Part shown: piece after piece, positions 30,241-39,077 of the stretch
Numbering within the stretch: the stretch's first letter is position 1
Layout of the letters: every line of letters begins with the position of its first letter
Assembly (NCBI RefSeq): GCF_000737315.1
Contig: NZ_JMCB01000008.1
Coordinates: 62,001-126,000 of the forward strand
Length of the DNA stretch: 64,000 nt
Reading direction: 5' to 3'
Origin: Hyalangium minutum
GTDB taxonomy: Bacteria; Myxococcota; Myxococcia; Myxococcales; Myxococcaceae
Notes under the pieces: generated by a model
What the model was told of the DNA's origin: nothing
The model's database searches: none
What the model saw: the letters and a program-made list of their open reading frames with translations, nothing else
Program-made: the position numbers and the translations under genes

Positions 30241-31017
30241 ATGACCTTCCAGCCGCCCAGCCCGCGCATCAAGATGGAGGCGCGGGAGCTCACCCTTCGC
30301 TACGGCACCAAGGTGGCCATCAACAAGGTGAGCATCGCCATTCCCGAGCGTCAGGTGACGGCGCTCATCGGCCCCTCCGGGTGCGGGAAGTCCACCTTCC
30401 TGCGCTCGCTCAACCGGATGAACGATCTCATCACCAGTTCGAACCACACCGGCACCATCCTGTTGGACGGCGCGAGCATCCACGACTCCCACATGGACGT
30501 GGTGGATCTGCGGCGCCGCGTGGGCATGGTGTTCCAGAAGTCCAACCCGTTCCCCAAGTCCATCTTCGAGAACGTGGCCTACGGCCTGCGGGTGGGCGGG
30601 ATGAAGGACCGGGCGGAGCTCAGCACGCGCGTGGAGAAGTCCCTGCGCAGTGCGGCGCTCTGGGACGAGGTGAAGGACCGGCTGGACGAGAGTGCCCTGG
30701 GCCTGTCCGGCGGCCAGCAGCAGCGCCTGTGCATCGCCCGCGCCCTGGCGGTGGAGCCCGAGGTGCTGCTCATGGACGAGCCCGCGAGCGCCCTGGACCC
30801 GATCGCCACGGCGAAGATCGAGGAACTCATCCACGAGCTGAAGGCGACCTATACAATCGCGATCGTCACCCACAACATGCAGCAGGCGGCGCGGGTGAGC
30901 GATCGGACGGCTTTCTTCTACATGGGCGAGTTGGTGGAGTGCGGTCCCACGGAGCAGATCTTCACGAACCCCCGTGAGAAGCGCACCGAGGACTACGTCA
31001 CCGGGAAGTTCGGGTAG
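30241..31017 (+). CDS. pstB: Phosphate ABC transporter ATPase PstB
   Basis: [46 protein letters not shown]. Confidence 0.97.
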   Translation: MTFQPPSPRIKMEARELTLRYGTKVAINKVSIAIPERQVTALIGPSGCGKSTFLRSLNRMNDLITSSNHTGTILLDGASIHDSHMDVVDLRRRVGMVFQKSNPFPKSIFENVAYGLRVGGMKDRAELSTRVEKSLRSAALWDEVKDRLDESALGLSGGQQQRLCIARALAVEPEVLLMDEPASALDPIATAKIEELIHELKATYTIAIVTHNMQQAARVSDRTAFFYMGELVECGPTEQIFTNPREKRTEDYVTGKFG

Positions 31018-31030
31018 GAGCGAGGGGCGG

Positions 31031-31720
31031 ATGCCATCGATACATACCGACAAGGCTTTCGAGCAGGACCTGCGCGACCTGCGCGAGCGGCTGCTGGCCA
31101 TGGGCGCCAAGGTGGAGACGCTCATCGCCAACAGCGTGCGCGCGCTCACGGACAGGGACTCGGCACTGGCCGAGAACGTCATCAAGTCCGACAAGGACGT
31201 GAACCGCCTGGAGGTGGAGATTGACGATCTCTGCCGCCGCATCCTGGCGCTGCGGCAGCCCGCCGCGAGCGACCTGCGGCTCATCACCACGGCGCTGAAG
31301 ATCGTCACGGACCTGGAGCGCATTGGAGACCTGGCGGTGAACATCGCCGAGCGCTCCATTGACCTGAGCCAGGTGCCGCCGCTGGCGCCCTACATCGACA
31401 CGCCGCGGCTGGCCGAGCAGGCGCAGCAGCAGGTGAAAAAGGCGCTGGACTCCTTCGTGTCCAATGACGTGGTGAAGGCCGAAGAGGTGCTCAAGGGAGA
31501 CGATCTCCTGGATGCCCTCTTCCTGAAGATCTTCAACGAGCTCCTCGCGTACATGATGGAGGACTCGAAGAACATCCGCCGAGCCACGGCGCTGATGTTC
31601 ATCGCCAAGCACCTGGAGCGCATCGGCGACCACGCGATGAACGTGGCGGAGATGGTCATCTACATGGTGCGCGGCAAGGACATCCGCCACCCGCAGAGCC
31701 GGAACATTCCGCAGGAGTAG
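31031..31720 (+). CDS. phoU: Phosphate signalling protein PhoU
   Basis: QPAASDLR, DLERIGD, KHLERIGDH. Confidence 0.96.
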   Translation: MPSIHTDKAFEQDLRDLRERLLAMGAKVETLIANSVRALTDRDSALAENVIKSDKDVNRLEVEIDDLCRRILALRQPAASDLRLITTALKIVTDLERIGDLAVNIAERSIDLSQVPPLAPYIDTPRLAEQAQQQVKKALDSFVSNDVVKAEEVLKGDDLLDALFLKIFNELLAYMMEDSKNIRRATALMFIAKHLERIGDHAMNVAEMVIYMVRGKDIRHPQSRNIPQE

Positions 31721-31946
31721 CAAGCAGCCGGTGTCCTGGCAGGCGCTGCCGGCGGTGCTCTTCAAGGACGCCCTGCTCTTCATGGCGTGGTGCCATGGTC
31801 TGTTCAGCCGGACGGTGGACTGGCGAGGCACGCGGCTCCGGGTGCTGCCGGGCACGCGTCTGGTCCCGGTTCCCGTGGAGGCGCCAGCCTCGCTGGAGCT
31901 TGTCCCGAGCGAGGCCGAGCCGGCCGAGGAGCTGGTCGCGGGGTAA
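31721..31946 (+). pseudogene. C-terminal remnant of a ceramide glucosyltransferase/HpnI-like GT2 (GT21) gene
   Basis: KDALLFMAWCHGLFSRTVDWRGTRLRV matches my recollection of the family's C-terminal W...V.WRG motif. No N-terminus and no RBS; begins immediately after the phoU stop. Confidence 0.55.
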
Positions 31947-31981
31947 CCGCGTTGTCACACAGGGCTCCCACGGCTTTCACC
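31942..31981 (+). promoter_or_regulatory. PHO-box-like repeat upstream of a metallophosphoesterase
   Basis: GGTAACC (31942), TGTCACA (31953), TTTCACC (31975): spacings of 11 and 22 bp. Confidence 0.55.
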
Positions 31982-32024
31982 TGCGCGCCATGAGGGTGTC
32001 TTCTCGGAGGGCTACTGATGGAGC

Positions 32025-32858
32025 ATGCCCTTTCGGAAGCTGGCGCACCTCTCGGATCTCCACCTGGACCTGAGCCCTGGCAGCGACGCGGCGGCCCGAG
32101 CCCTGGTGGAGAGCCTCCTCGCCGCGCAGGTGGATCATGTGGTGGTGACGGGAGACCTGACGCACCAGGGAGCGAGCGCGGAGTTCCGCCGCTTCCGGGA
32201 GATCTTCGCCCCGCTGCTCGATACGGGGCGGCTCACCTTCATCCCCGGCAACCATGACCGCCCTGGGGACGACGTGGTCGGCCGGTGGATGCAGGGCCGC
32301 AAGGTGTGCACCGTGGAGCGCGAGGGCCTTTACCTCGTGTGCATCGACTCCACCGGGCCACACAACCGCTCCTACTTCGCAAGCCATGGCGCCCTGTCGT
32401 TGGCAGAGTTGGAGGAGGTGGACGCCGCCGTGGCCGCCGCTCCGCGCGAGGCGCTCACGGTTCTCCTGCTGCACCACCACGTGCTGCCTCTGCCCGAGGA
32501 GAGCCTGCCCGAGCGGCTGGCCACTCGGATGGGCTGGCCCTACGCCTCGGAGCTGGTGCTAGGAGCCAAGCTGGTGGCTCGCGTCCGAGGGCGCTGCGAC
32601 CTGATCCTGCATGGGCACCGGCACGTCCCCCGGGAGTTTGATCTGGGGCTGCACCAGGGGAGGGCTCTGCGGGTGTACAACTCGGGCAGCTCCACGGAAC
32701 TGGGACAGTTCCGGATGTTCACGCATGCGGGCGGACGCCTGCTCGCTGCCCCAGCGTGGCAGCAGACGGCGATGGCTCCGGCGCCGAGGACCGCGAGCCA
32801 TAACGTGCTGCCTGCGCTCCAGTACTTGGCGAACCAGCTGAGCACGTCGCTCTTCTGA
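32025..32858 (+). CDS. Calcineurin-like metallophosphoesterase (Icc/CpdA-like)
   Basis: SDLH, VTGDLT, PGNHD, LHHH and HGHRH motifs. Confidence 0.88.
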   Translation: MPFRKLAHLSDLHLDLSPGSDAAARALVESLLAAQVDHVVVTGDLTHQGASAEFRRFREIFAPLLDTGRLTFIPGNHDRPGDDVVGRWMQGRKVCTVEREGLYLVCIDSTGPHNRSYFASHGALSLAELEEVDAAVAAAPREALTVLLLHHHVLPLPEESLPERLATRMGWPYASELVLGAKLVARVRGRCDLILHGHRHVPREFDLGLHQGRALRVYNSGSSTELGQFRMFTHAGGRLLAAPAWQQTAMAPAPRTASHNVLPALQYLANQLSTSLF

Positions 32859-32951
32859 GGGCCCCTCCTGGCTCCGGCCCGGTTCGCTCCCCTGCCCTCC
32901 GACCCAGCAGGCCCCAGGCCTTCCGTTGAATGCTGGGGTCACTTCTCGGGG

Positions 32952-33356
32952 TTGTCCTCGTGTCAGGGAGGTTCTTTGGGTCGACCAAGCACCAACGGGA
33001 ATGGGGTACGCAAGGTTCTGGTCGTCGATGACGACGCGGACTGGCGAGAGTTCCTGAGGCTGTGTCTGGAGGAGCTCGGCTACGAGGCCATCGAGGCTGC
33101 GGATGGGCAGGAGGCCTTGGACTCGCTCTCCCGAGAAAAGTACGGCGTCGTGCTGCTCGACCTGAACATGCCAGGGATGAGCGGCTTAGAGGTCGCGGAG
33201 CGGATGCCGCGCAACACGAAGCCGCGCGTCGTCTTCCTCACCTCCGCCGCGGCCTCGGATGTGGGCAGCGCCTTGATGTCGGGCCCCCACTACTACCTGC
33301 CCAAGGGCGCCAGCCGCGACCAGCTGTCGCTCCTCCTACAATCGCTCGAAGCCTGA
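32952..33356 (+). CDS. Single-domain response regulator
   Basis: VLVVDDD, LLDLNMPGMSG, FLTS, YLPK; exact start uncertain. Confidence 0.85.
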   Translation: MSSCQGGSLGRPSTNGNGVRKVLVVDDDADWREFLRLCLEELGYEAIEAADGQEALDSLSREKYGVVLLDLNMPGMSGLEVAERMPRNTKPRVVFLTSAAASDVGSALMSGPHYYLPKGASRDQLSLLLQSLEA

Positions 33357-33434
33357 GTTCAGAGTAGCCACCAGGGTGGCTGCTCGCGCTAGAACTTCCA
33401 CAGTGGGCCAGGGTGCTCTTCTGGGGAGGATCTC

Positions 33435-34742
33435 ATCGCGTCGGAACTCGTCATCGTTTTATTGCTGGTGCTGGCGAATGGAGTCTTCGCTGGCGCGGAG
33501 CTCGCGCTGCTCACGCTGCGCAAGACCCGTCTGCGCGAGCTTGTAGATGAAGGGAGCGGCGCGGCCCGGGCCATCACCGCCCTGAGAGACAACCCCGAGC
33601 GTCTGCTCGCCACGGTGCAGATCGGCATCACGGTCGTCGGCTCGACGGCCGCGGCCTTTGGCGGCGCTTCGCTGGCGCACCCGCTCGCGGGGTTATTGGT
33701 CCAGTTGGGGGTGGGCTCGCAGACAGCGGAGAGCCTGGCCTTTGCTGGGGTGGTTGGCTTCATCTCCTACCTGTCGCTGGTGCTGGGTGAGCTGGTTCCC
33801 AAGTCGCTCGCGCTGCGCTACTCCGAGCGGTACGCGCTGTTCATTGGCCGGCCGCTCCATGGGCTGGCGTGGCTGGTCCAGCCGCTGGTGTGGCTGCTGA
33901 CGGCCAGCTCCAACGTGCTGCTGCGCTTCTTCGGGGACAAGACGAACTTCGCCGAGGCGCGGCTGTCTCCCGAGGAGCTACAGCAGCTCGTGGAGGAGGC
34001 GGCGAAGATGGGCTCGCTGGATCCGCGGGCGGGGGAGATTGCCTCGCGGGCCTTTGATCTGACGGACCTGACGTTGTCGGCAGTGATGGTGCCTCGGCAC
34101 CGCATCGTGGCCCTGCGCCGGCACGCGAGCGCGGAGGAGATCCGGCAGGTGCTGCTGGAGCACGGGCACTCGCGGATGCCGGTCTACGAGGGGTCGCTGG
34201 ACAACGTCGTGGGCTACGTCATCGCGAAGGATCTGCTGGGGGTGGCGTGGGAGGGAACGCTCATTGTCCTGGAGGACGTGCTGCGCCCGGCCTACTTCGT
34301 CTTCGAGACGATGCGGGCGCTGGACGCGCTGAAGGAGCTGCAGAAGCGCCGCATGCAGCTGGCCATCGTGGTGGATGAGCGTGGTGGGGTGCAGGGTTTG
34401 GTGACGACGGAGGATCTGGTCGAGGAGCTGGTGGGGGACATCCTCAGCGAGACGGAGACGCCAGAGGAGCTGATCAAGCGCGAGAGCCCAACCACGGCGG
34501 TGGTGCAGGGCACGGCGAGCTTGAGGGAGATCAACCGGGAGCTGGGCCTCGAGTTGGAGGAGGGCCATGGGTACTCGACCATCGGAGGCCTGTGCTCCGC
34601 CAAGACAGGGGCCATCCCGGAGAGAGGGACGCGGCTGACGCTGGATGACGGCACGGTGCTCGAGGTGCTGGACGCCACGCCACGCCGGGTGCGCACGGTG
34701 CGCATCCACCTGCCGCCTCCGCCGTCCCCGACGGAGTCCTGA
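33435..34742 (+). CDS. Hemolysin-family CNNM/CBS transporter (TlyC/CorB-like)
   Basis: NGVFAGAELAL, LATVQIGIT, GELVPKSLAL, tandem CBS and CorC domain. Start is ambiguous (ATC 33435 after GGAGGA, or TTG 33462). Confidence 0.9.
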   Translation: MASELVIVLLLVLANGVFAGAELALLTLRKTRLRELVDEGSGAARAITALRDNPERLLATVQIGITVVGSTAAAFGGASLAHPLAGLLVQLGVGSQTAESLAFAGVVGFISYLSLVLGELVPKSLALRYSERYALFIGRPLHGLAWLVQPLVWLLTASSNVLLRFFGDKTNFAEARLSPEELQQLVEEAAKMGSLDPRAGEIASRAFDLTDLTLSAVMVPRHRIVALRRHASAEEIRQVLLEHGHSRMPVYEGSLDNVVGYVIAKDLLGVAWEGTLIVLEDVLRPAYFVFETMRALDALKELQKRRMQLAIVVDERGGVQGLVTTEDLVEELVGDILSETETPEELIKRESPTTAVVQGTASLREINRELGLELEEGHGYSTIGGLCSAKTGAIPERGTRLTLDDGTVLEVLDATPRRVRTVRIHLPPPPSPTES

Positions 34743-35010
34743 GCCAAGATGAATGAGGGGCAGCATTGAGTCCGAAACGCTGGAGAGTGTCTCCTGAGGT
34801 GGCTGGGGAGTTGGGCAAAAACACTCTCATGGATTCGTCGGTTCATCCGCCGCGTGTGTCACACCTTCACTGTCGCTTTGAGGGATGGCTCGGTGATGAT
34901 CTACTCCAAACGTTCCCGTGTTTTCTGGCCTCCGCCTTCCTTGCGGAGGAGCTAAAAAAACACGGGGCTTGTAGGGATTAAGGAGGCCCTCTTCAGGAAC
35001 GGATGTGGCC

Positions 35011-35661
35011 ATGAGTTCCCGCACTTGCAGCGTTCTGCTGCTACTGCTCTCCGCCTGCGCTACGACAGAGCCTCAGCAGCGCAAGCCGAAGCAGCACAGA
35101 CAGGTGGCCATTCCCTGGGCTCCCCTCGTCGCACCGAAGCCCGTTGCACCCGTTCTTCCGTCGCCCGGCTTGGCTCCGCCCATGACCGTCATGGTGGACC
35201 CTGGTGCACAGATGCAACAAGAACCGGATGCGAACCCGGCGCCGGAGAGGTCCAGATCGAACAGGGATCCGCCCGCCCCGGTGGCTCCGGAACCCCGTCC
35301 TGAGTGCATCCCCCACATCAAGCCGCACCTTGGCGGAGATCCCCTGCACAATCAGTGCGCCGACAACGTTCCGCAGAACGGTGTTCCCGGCTTTGATGCG
35401 CTCGTCAATGGTAAGCATTTCGACGCACTGCAAATCCGCGCGGGCGTTCTGTGGGAGGTCAAGACCGATAACTTCGACACGTACGCGGTCGCCCTTCAGG
35501 AGATTGTGATCGAGAAACAGGTGCTGGAATTGCAGCGCGAGCGCGATCTCGCACGCGCTTGTGGGTATGCCTTCGTAGTAGGCGTTCGTAGCGACGCGCA
35601 CCGGAAAGCTCTGCGCGACGCAGACCCCTCCCTCAACATCGTCGTCATGGACTGGTGCTGA
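35011..35661 (+). CDS. Lipoprotein with C-terminal PD-(D/E)XK nuclease-like domain (DUF6310-like), putative toxin
   Basis: Lipobox LLLLLSA-C, Pro-rich linker, GKHFDAL...LWEVKT (D...ExK). Confidence 0.72.
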   Translation: MSSRTCSVLLLLLSACATTEPQQRKPKQHRQVAIPWAPLVAPKPVAPVLPSPGLAPPMTVMVDPGAQMQQEPDANPAPERSRSNRDPPAPVAPEPRPECIPHIKPHLGGDPLHNQCADNVPQNGVPGFDALVNGKHFDALQIRAGVLWEVKTDNFDTYAVALQEIVIEKQVLELQRERDLARACGYAFVVGVRSDAHRKALRDADPSLNIVVMDWC

Positions 35662-35662
35662 A

Positions 35663-36421
35663 ATGGCCGCCTCGCCAGACTCCTTCCTTCTTGTCGTCTA
35701 TGCGCCTGCGCTCAGCAGCGATGGCAGCCGCACCTTGGCCGTTATTCGTGGAATGGAACGCGCGCTTCCCGGCTTGCACCTGTCGTGGACGATTTCTGAC
35801 GAGGGTCGGTTCATCCCAGCACCGCAGCGCGATGCGTGGGGCACGGCCAAGACGACCGATGGAAGATTTCCGCTGCTCTGCAATGGCGATGAGGGTCACT
35901 TCGTGACGATCTCTCGCAGGGAAACACCGGCGAGCCAGAATCCTGGTGGGCAGCCACAGTTTGAAGTTCATGCGAAGTGGCCCCTGGACGCTGCGGGTAT
36001 CGCGGCAGCGGGGAAGGTGCTCGAAGAGGTAGCGGAGGGTGCACGCGCGCTGTGGGGGCATGCCACGCCGAAGCGCGCGGCGGGGGACATCGCGGAGCAG
36101 ACGAGCCCCACGCTGGCGGGCTCGCCAAGGCCACCCCGGGGCCTGCCAGCGCTCAAGCTCCCAGAGAAAATCCGCTCGCCTGAGATTCCGCATCGCCTCG
36201 GGTGGCTCAACTACTGGTCAGCCGCCACTGCACAAGCCATCGCGTTCCCGGACCCTGCTCGCGACGCCGAGTTGCTCTCTAGGGCGCAGAGCACGGCGAC
36301 AGGCGGGTGGGTTGTGAAGCTCACGGATGCGCCGCTCGATCTCGATAACCCCGCCCATCTGGACGCGCTGAAGCGGGCCTACGAGCGCTTCCCGGAGATC
36401 GGTGGACGTTCAACGCCCTGA
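35663..36421 (+). CDS. Putative immunity protein (DUF5953-like)
   Basis: Starts 1 bp after the toxin stop; no signal peptide; WGHATP, LGWLNYWS, GGWVVKLTDAPLDL and YERFPEIGGR motifs recalled for this myxobacterial family. Confidence 0.68.
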   Translation: MAASPDSFLLVVYAPALSSDGSRTLAVIRGMERALPGLHLSWTISDEGRFIPAPQRDAWGTAKTTDGRFPLLCNGDEGHFVTISRRETPASQNPGGQPQFEVHAKWPLDAAGIAAAGKVLEEVAEGARALWGHATPKRAAGDIAEQTSPTLAGSPRPPRGLPALKLPEKIRSPEIPHRLGWLNYWSAATAQAIAFPDPARDAELLSRAQSTATGGWVVKLTDAPLDLDNPAHLDALKRAYERFPEIGGRSTP

Positions 36422-36480
36422 ACTGGACCGGGGCTTTTCGACGGGGGCCGCGAGCTACTCATCTGCGGCCCCGGAAAAGC

Positions 36481-36529
36481 GAAGGGGCTGGAACCTCCGA
36501 GGGATTTCCTCAGGGATTCCAGCCCCTTC
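36481..36529 (-). terminator. Intrinsic terminator of the tRNA-Arg
   Basis: 13-bp perfect stem GAAGGGGCTGGAA/TTCCAGCCCCTTC with further internal pairing, followed by GCTTTT on the minus strand. A second hairpin lies at 36433-36480. Confidence 0.75.
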
Positions 36530-36535
36530 CACCAG

Positions 36536-36609
<74 letters not shown>

Positions 36610-36631
36610 AGGAGGCCTGCAACCGAGGGGA

Positions 36632-36660
36632 CAACTAGCCGACTTCCCCCGCTGACGCAA
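36632..36660 (-). promoter_or_regulatory. Possible sigma70 promoter of the tRNA-Arg
   Basis: Minus strand TTGCGT-N17-TAGTTG about 23 bp upstream of the tRNA. Confidence 0.4.
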
Positions 36661-36874
36661 GCACGCAATCCCACAACCCACGACCCGGAAACGCCCTTTC
36701 CACTTTCCAGCACTCGGCGCCCCCTCCAGTCCCCAGGGCCCTGTCCGCCATAGGGCCGGGCTGCCGGCCGAGGGCCTCGGGGAGCGGCCAAGTCATGCTC
36801 CCTCAGGAAGGCACACCGCTGGCGACGTCACCCTCCTGACGGCGCTGGGCTTCCCGGCCCTTCATCCCTTGCCA

Positions 36875-37231
36875 TTAGGGCGAGGGATGAGTCTCCGCCG
36901 GCGGGCTCGAGGGAGCGAACCTCGGCTCCGGCGCCTGCGGAGCGCGCCCTCCCCCGCCGCCCGAGGGAAGCTGGGGCAACGGCCACCCCTCGAAGAGAGG
37001 CCAGCCTCGGTAGTAATCCGCTGCACCGGACGAGGCCTCACCTGGAGCCTGTGGAGCGGGCTGTACCTCTGCCCCTGGGACGCTCTGCCGGGGGGCCTCT
37101 CGAGTCCCCTGCGCCCCCGGTGGCCGCGTCCTGAGCAGCACCACGACCAAGACCGCGCTCAAGAGGAACATGAGCACGATGCCCGCCACGCGGGCACGGT
37201 CCTCCTCCATCCCTGTGTCCACAGTGTCCAT
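36875..37231 (-). CDS. Small single-TM Pro-rich hypothetical protein
   Basis: Hydrophobic VAGIVLMFLLSAVLVVVLL; starts 1 bp after the CLC stop. Confidence 0.5.
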   Translation of the reverse strand: MDTVDTGMEEDRARVAGIVLMFLLSAVLVVVLLRTRPPGAQGTREAPRQSVPGAEVQPAPQAPGEASSGAADYYRGWPLFEGWPLPQLPSGGGGGRAPQAPEPRFAPSSPPAETHPSP

Positions 37232-37232
37232 G

Positions 37233-38999
37233 TCAGAAGCGCCCTTGCTTCAACACATCGCTCTTGGAAATCGTGCCGAGCAACCTCCGCTCGGTGTCGA
37301 CGACAGGCAGGCGCTCGAGCGGTGTCGTGGCAAAGCGCGCCGCCACCTCGGACAGGGAGAGGTCCGGCGTCACGGGCCGGAGGTGCCGATCCATCACGTC
37401 CGCCGCGATGGTCGCTCCCAACAGCGAGTAGTCCGGCAGGTGGCCCTTGAGCTCGTCCAGCGTGATTGTCCCCAGGTACCGGCCCTCCTCGTCCGTGACG
37501 TAGAGGTCCGCCCCCGAGGGTTGCTCCAGCAGCAACACGACGATCTCCTGGAACGAAGCCGACGGCGGGACGCGGTCCCGCACCGGCATCAACATGGCCC
37601 GGGTCCCCTCCTCGCGCAGCCAGTGTGGAACGCTCTCGGGGATGCGCACGTTGCGGCGGCTGAGCACGGACGTATAGAGCGACTCGGGCTCCAGCCGTCG
37701 GCTGATCATCGTCGCCAGGAAGGCCCCCAGCATCAGCGGAAGGATGAGCCCGTAGTCCCCCGTCAGCTCGAAGATGATGAGGACCGCCGACACGGGCGCA
37801 TGCGTGGTCCCCGCGAGCACCGCCCCCATCCCAAGCAAGGCATAGGCCCCACTCGGGGCTCCTCCGGGCCACACGTACTGCATGACCTGGCCAAAGGCGC
37901 CGCCCAGCAGTGCTCCATAGAAGAGCGAGGGTGTGAAGAGCCCGCCCGGAACCCCCGCCCCCGCGCAGAGCGACGTCGCCAGCAGCTTCGCCAGGGGCAG
38001 CACCACCAGCAGCACCAGCGACAGCTTCCCCAGCAGTGCCGCGTTCACCGCGTCATAGCCATTTCCCAGCAGGTGCGGCAGCCACACGGCCGCCAGCCCC
38101 ACCAGTGTCATCGCTCCCAGTGGCAGGAAGGGTGTGAGCTTCCGAGGGACCCGATCGAGCAGGTCCGACAGCACGTTGATGCCGCGCACATAAAGCGCGG
38201 AGGCGCCCCCCAGGAGCACGCCCAGGAGCACGGCCAGCAGCAGCTCGCGCGGGTGCATCACATAGTGAGGGATGACGTAGCTGGGGTGATCCGCGATGAG
38301 GATCCGCGACACGAGGGTGGCCACCACGCACGCCAGGACGATGGGACCGAACAGCTCCAGCGCGAACGAGCCCAGCAGCACCTCCAGGCCAAAGAGGGCC
38401 GCGCCGATGGGCACGTTGTAGGCCGAGGCCACCCCCGCCGCCGCGCCACACGCCACCAGCAACCGGGCCTGCCCCGGCCCCAGCCTCAGCCAGTGCCCCA
38501 GGAAGGAGCCACTCGCCGCACCCGTCTGCAGCAGCGCGCCCTCGCGGCCCAGAGGCGCCCCGAGCGCTACCGCGACGATAGAGACCAGGCCCCTCAGCAG
38601 CGCCCGAGGCAGGGACAGCCGGCCCGACTTGACCCAGATGGACTCGATGATGCCGGCGGTTCCGTGCCCTCGCAGCGGCTGGCCGATGAGGAGCGTCACC
38701 AGCGAGACCAGGGCGCCGCCCAGCACCGGGACGAGGAAGCGCCTCCAGGACGGCGAGGCGATGACGCCCGAGAGGAACCCCTCCGCCTCGCTCCCCCAGA
38801 AGAGGTGCTGGGTGAAGCGCAGCACCTTGAGCAGCACCACTGCCCCCATCCCCGAGATGAGCCCCACGAGGGCGACGAGCAGCCAGAACCGGCGCTCGGC
38901 CCGGACCAGGCCACGCAAGGTGTTACGGAGTCGTGAGCGGAAGCCGCGGAACGGTTCCAGCCTGGGAGTGGGCATCGAGAGTGTCGCCACGTCCCTCAA
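37233..38999 (-). CDS. CLC-family chloride channel/transporter with tandem CBS domains
   Basis: GHGT, LGREGA, YNVPIGAALF, GGLFTP and FELTGDY motifs plus C-terminal CBS pair. Confidence 0.9.
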   Translation of the reverse strand: MRDVATLSMPTPRLEPFRGFRSRLRNTLRGLVRAERRFWLLVALVGLISGMGAVVLLKVLRFTQHLFWGSEAEGFLSGVIASPSWRRFLVPVLGGALVSLVTLLIGQPLRGHGTAGIIESIWVKSGRLSLPRALLRGLVSIVAVALGAPLGREGALLQTGAASGSFLGHWLRLGPGQARLLVACGAAAGVASAYNVPIGAALFGLEVLLGSFALELFGPIVLACVVATLVSRILIADHPSYVIPHYVMHPRELLLAVLLGVLLGGASALYVRGINVLSDLLDRVPRKLTPFLPLGAMTLVGLAAVWLPHLLGNGYDAVNAALLGKLSLVLLVVLPLAKLLATSLCAGAGVPGGLFTPSLFYGALLGGAFGQVMQYVWPGGAPSGAYALLGMGAVLAGTTHAPVSAVLIIFELTGDYGLILPLMLGAFLATMISRRLEPESLYTSVLSRRNVRIPESVPHWLREEGTRAMLMPVRDRVPPSASFQEIVVLLLEQPSGADLYVTDEEGRYLGTITLDELKGHLPDYSLLGATIAADVMDRHLRPVTPDLSLSEVAARFATTPLERLPVVDTERRLLGTISKSDVLKQGRF

Positions 39000-39077
39000 T
39001 CTAGGGAGGGCCGACAGCCCATGCGGGACGGCCGCCCGTCTGCTTACAGTGTCACCCGGCGAGACGCCGAGCCCCCC

